64,000 nt of DNA from Basidiobolus meristosporus CBS 931.73 (taxonomy: Eukaryota; Fungi; Basidiobolomycota): positions 1 to 64,000 of the forward strand of contig MCFE01000095.1 of NCBI GenBank assembly GCA_002104905.1. The letters are read 5' to 3'. Position numbers and translations under genes: made by a program. Shown piece after piece: positions 61,462 through 64,000 of this stretch. The notes below the pieces were generated by a model. It did no database searches. It was not told where the DNA came from and saw nothing but the letters and a program-made list of their open reading frames with translations. The stretch's first letter is position 1. Every line of letters begins with the position of its first letter.

Positions 61462-63170
61462 GGTTTTGAACCCTGATCAGTCTCTCCCTGCAATGTCTGC
61501 TACTACAGTCACTGGAATTTTTCCCTCTGCTGAAAGGTTGGATGGACCCAACTACCAAGTGTGAAAGGTGAAGATGAAGATGATGCTACAAGAAAGAAGC
61601 CTTTGGGACATCTTCATGGGAGAAGAATGCCCCCCTAAAGATGTGGGAGAGGAATCCTTAAAGTACTAGACAAAGGACAAGGAGCCTTTTACTGCATTTG
61701 CCTTAATGTCAAAGACAAATTGATAAATGCTCAAGAGCAAAAACAGTAAAGAATGCCTGGAAGGCATTAGAAGACACCTACTAGTAATGTTCAGCTGCCA
61801 AGGAAATGTGTTTCAGTCACAAATTTCTTACTACAAAGATGCTGCCAGGAGAAGAAATGAAAAATCTAATTAACAGAATTACCCTGTTGGTGGATGAGAT
61901 GGAATCTGTGGGTTCACCAACTACTGATGAGGATGTGATAGTTACCATTCTGAATAGCCTGACAAACAGGTTTTGGGGCCTTGTATCAGTCCTTGAGTCC
62001 AGAACTGGAGATTTGACCTTAAATTATGTACATGGAAGGCCCCTAGATGAAAAATTAGAAAATCAAGTGCCAATAACAAGGAAGACAAAAATGCTTTAAA
62101 AAGCAATGATAACCAGCAAAGAAGATACCCAAGACCTTTTAAAGGCTATAGCAACCTATTTGCAACTACTGCAAATGGAAAGTGTTGTATTATTAAATTT
62201 TCACCAAAAATATTGTTGCTAACTTGGTCATTTAGATCTTATTCTTTGATTAGCAATTGGTCCTGACCAAATTTCTTGCTGGGATCTACTTGGAATATTT
62301 GCACCAAGTTATCAGGTACCCAGATTTTGATCTTTCTCAAAGTTGTCCAAAAGCCCCCAAACTTTGCACACATATTCTTGGAACCCTCCTTAACAAACTC
62401 TACTTGCTTGCTTGCTCCAGTTTATCAAAAGTATAAAAAACAAACTCTTGATCAAAAAATCTGCAGTGAATAGCCTGTAAGTCCCCTAGTTTTCCACCTC
62501 ACTGCCAATACTCCTCATAAAATTGCAACTGAAAGGACACACATCAGACCAGTGCTTCAACAAGGGAGATAGTCAGCAGAAAAAGCCAGAATATGTAATT
62601 GCTGCTAAAACTGAACATAGACTACTCAATTCTGCACTAAATATGTCCACAAACAAGGATTCTCATATGTGGTATATTGACTCTGGAGCATATCAAGACT
62701 TTACAAACTAAAGTAACTTTTTACCCAATATCAAGAAATTGCAATTAAGAAGATTTTCTTGGGTGATACTAGTACACTTAATGCAGTGTGAGAAGGAACA
62801 ATCCAAGAAAGCCTTTGAAGCAGTGAAGAAAGCCATACACTGAACTTTAAAGAAGTACTCTATGTACCAGAAATAGCCTAGAACCTACCATCCATAAGCA
62901 AGGCTACAGCTGAAGGACTCAGTTCCAGCTTTGACAATTCTGGAAGCAGGATCACTATTCAAAGTGGTACTTATATTGCTTTATGCATCAAAGATCAAAA
63001 TCTGTGTAAGTTGACTTATATAACATCATTCTGGAAGCCTAGTTAAGTAAGTTGGATGATAACACACCAATGCTTTGGCAAGGGAGATTTGGATGTATCA
63101 ATGTTGCTTATTTGTGCAAAATGACCAACAATTTGGTAATTTCTGGAGTAAAAATTGATCCCCCAGCTTG
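61462..63170 (+). mobile_element. Third degenerate copia internal region (PBS, gag, PR, pre-integrase) directly following the 61115-61461 LTR
   Basis: PBS-like ggttttgaaccctg; KMLPGEEMKNLINRITLL; WYIDSGA; many stops; interrupted by the LTR at 62183-62530. Confidence 0.88.
62183..62530 (+). repeat. Diverged-subfamily solo LTR with perfect 5-bp TSD GAAAG
   Basis: TGTTGTA start; gaaag at 62178-62182 and 62531-62535; internal blocks (caggtacccaga, aaagttgtc, caaactttgcacaca) shared with the main LTR. Confidence 0.82.
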
Positions 63171-64000
63171 GTTTGCAAGAAGAATGTGTTGTTTGGATCA
63201 TGACAAATAATAGTTATTCAATGCAATTGCATCATCTTCTCCTGGGTCTTCATCTTACAAGGACTACTACTGAAGTATTTGGTAGTGATTTACTTTGCCC
63301 ACCTACATTACTTTCTTGTTGAATATCATCTTGGCTACTTGTGTATTTGTTGGTATTTTGCCACCCAGTTGATGAGTGCAATGCCACAGCTTGGCTGCAC
63401 TGAGTTGCGCTGGATGATGGTACTAAGTTTGCCTGAAGTGCCACATGCTGACACATTCTTCTACTTGCCAAAGGCTCTGGTGGTGGAGGCACTTTATGTG
63501 ATTCATCATCAGTCACCGGGTGGGTGTAATGGCATGTGCAGGCGCAACTCAATGTGTTGGCAGGGCCCTTAGCTGAGCTTGATGTGATGCAGCATGTTGA
63601 CGCAACTTGGCCTGCTCTAATGGACTTGTGTCTAAATTAGCAGTTTGGCAAGTTTTGGTAGTTTTGCTTAGAAGCATGCACATTGACTTGATCCAAGGCA
63701 CTCTTGTGAAGGGTGTTGGCAGAGTTTGAACTAACATGCACCAGTGTATTGAAGTTGTAAGGAATGGCAAGGAATCCAGCAAGATATGCTGGTGCAATAT
63801 GGATGTTGCTTGTGGTCTGTTTTCTTCCTCTTGAAGCTCACCTTGCAGTTCCTCAATATATATACTTGCCCTCTGTCTGATACTTTAGAACTGTTGGCTA
63901 GATGAGTCTGTGTATATTGCTTGATTGAGCTCTTATCAAACAACACTGCCATGAATCTGATAAGCTTCTTTACTTTGGTATTCTACATTCTGTATGCCTT
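63171..64000 (-). other. Unclassified CpG-poor repeat remnant
   Basis: CpG-depleted like the flanking transposons; short broken frames; no domain recognised. Confidence 0.3.

Noticed and set aside
1-64000. tRNA, rRNA, CRISPR arrays, selenoprotein-type in-frame TGA in host genes
   Set aside because: None recognised by eye; a tRNAscan/Infernal/SECIS search would be needed to exclude them.

Overview
Eukaryotic DNA, almost certainly an early-diverging fungus: short GT-AG introns and fungal gene families. A Zoopagomycota-like origin is my inference and is not proven. The window has three domains. (1) 1-~4.85 kb is a CpG-free transposon block. It holds an APE+RT LINE whose ORF2 is still open and has no CpG, followed by Ty1/copia fragments. 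(2) ~4.9-46.9 kb is a gene-dense island with normal CpG. It contains a GPI-type surface protein, ADP1-like ABCG, PRS, ceramide glucosyltransferase, VPS74, a WD40 inositol 5-phosphatase, GUA1, RBG1, ORC6, TIM9, RPR2, FMT1, RTR1/RPAP2, a Gfd2/QIP-like exonuclease, RPL9, a Pcl-type cyclin and several orphans. (3) ~46.9-64 kb is a CpG-depleted nest of one degenerate copia family with solo LTRs, nested insertions, an inversion and near-identical inverted arms. Most notable: a stand-alone four-exon homolog of the human uORF microprotein ASDURF that the ORF track misses; a CpG-free LINE whose ORF2 starts after an in-frame TGA-CTA with no AUG and ends in a hairpin plus CCCTAA repeats; half-tRNA-iMet priming of the copia family; and a 1.9-kb insertion made of two diverged LTR-like units in inverted orientation. 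Exon boundaries, identities and motif comparisons were done by eye and from memory, with no database searches.
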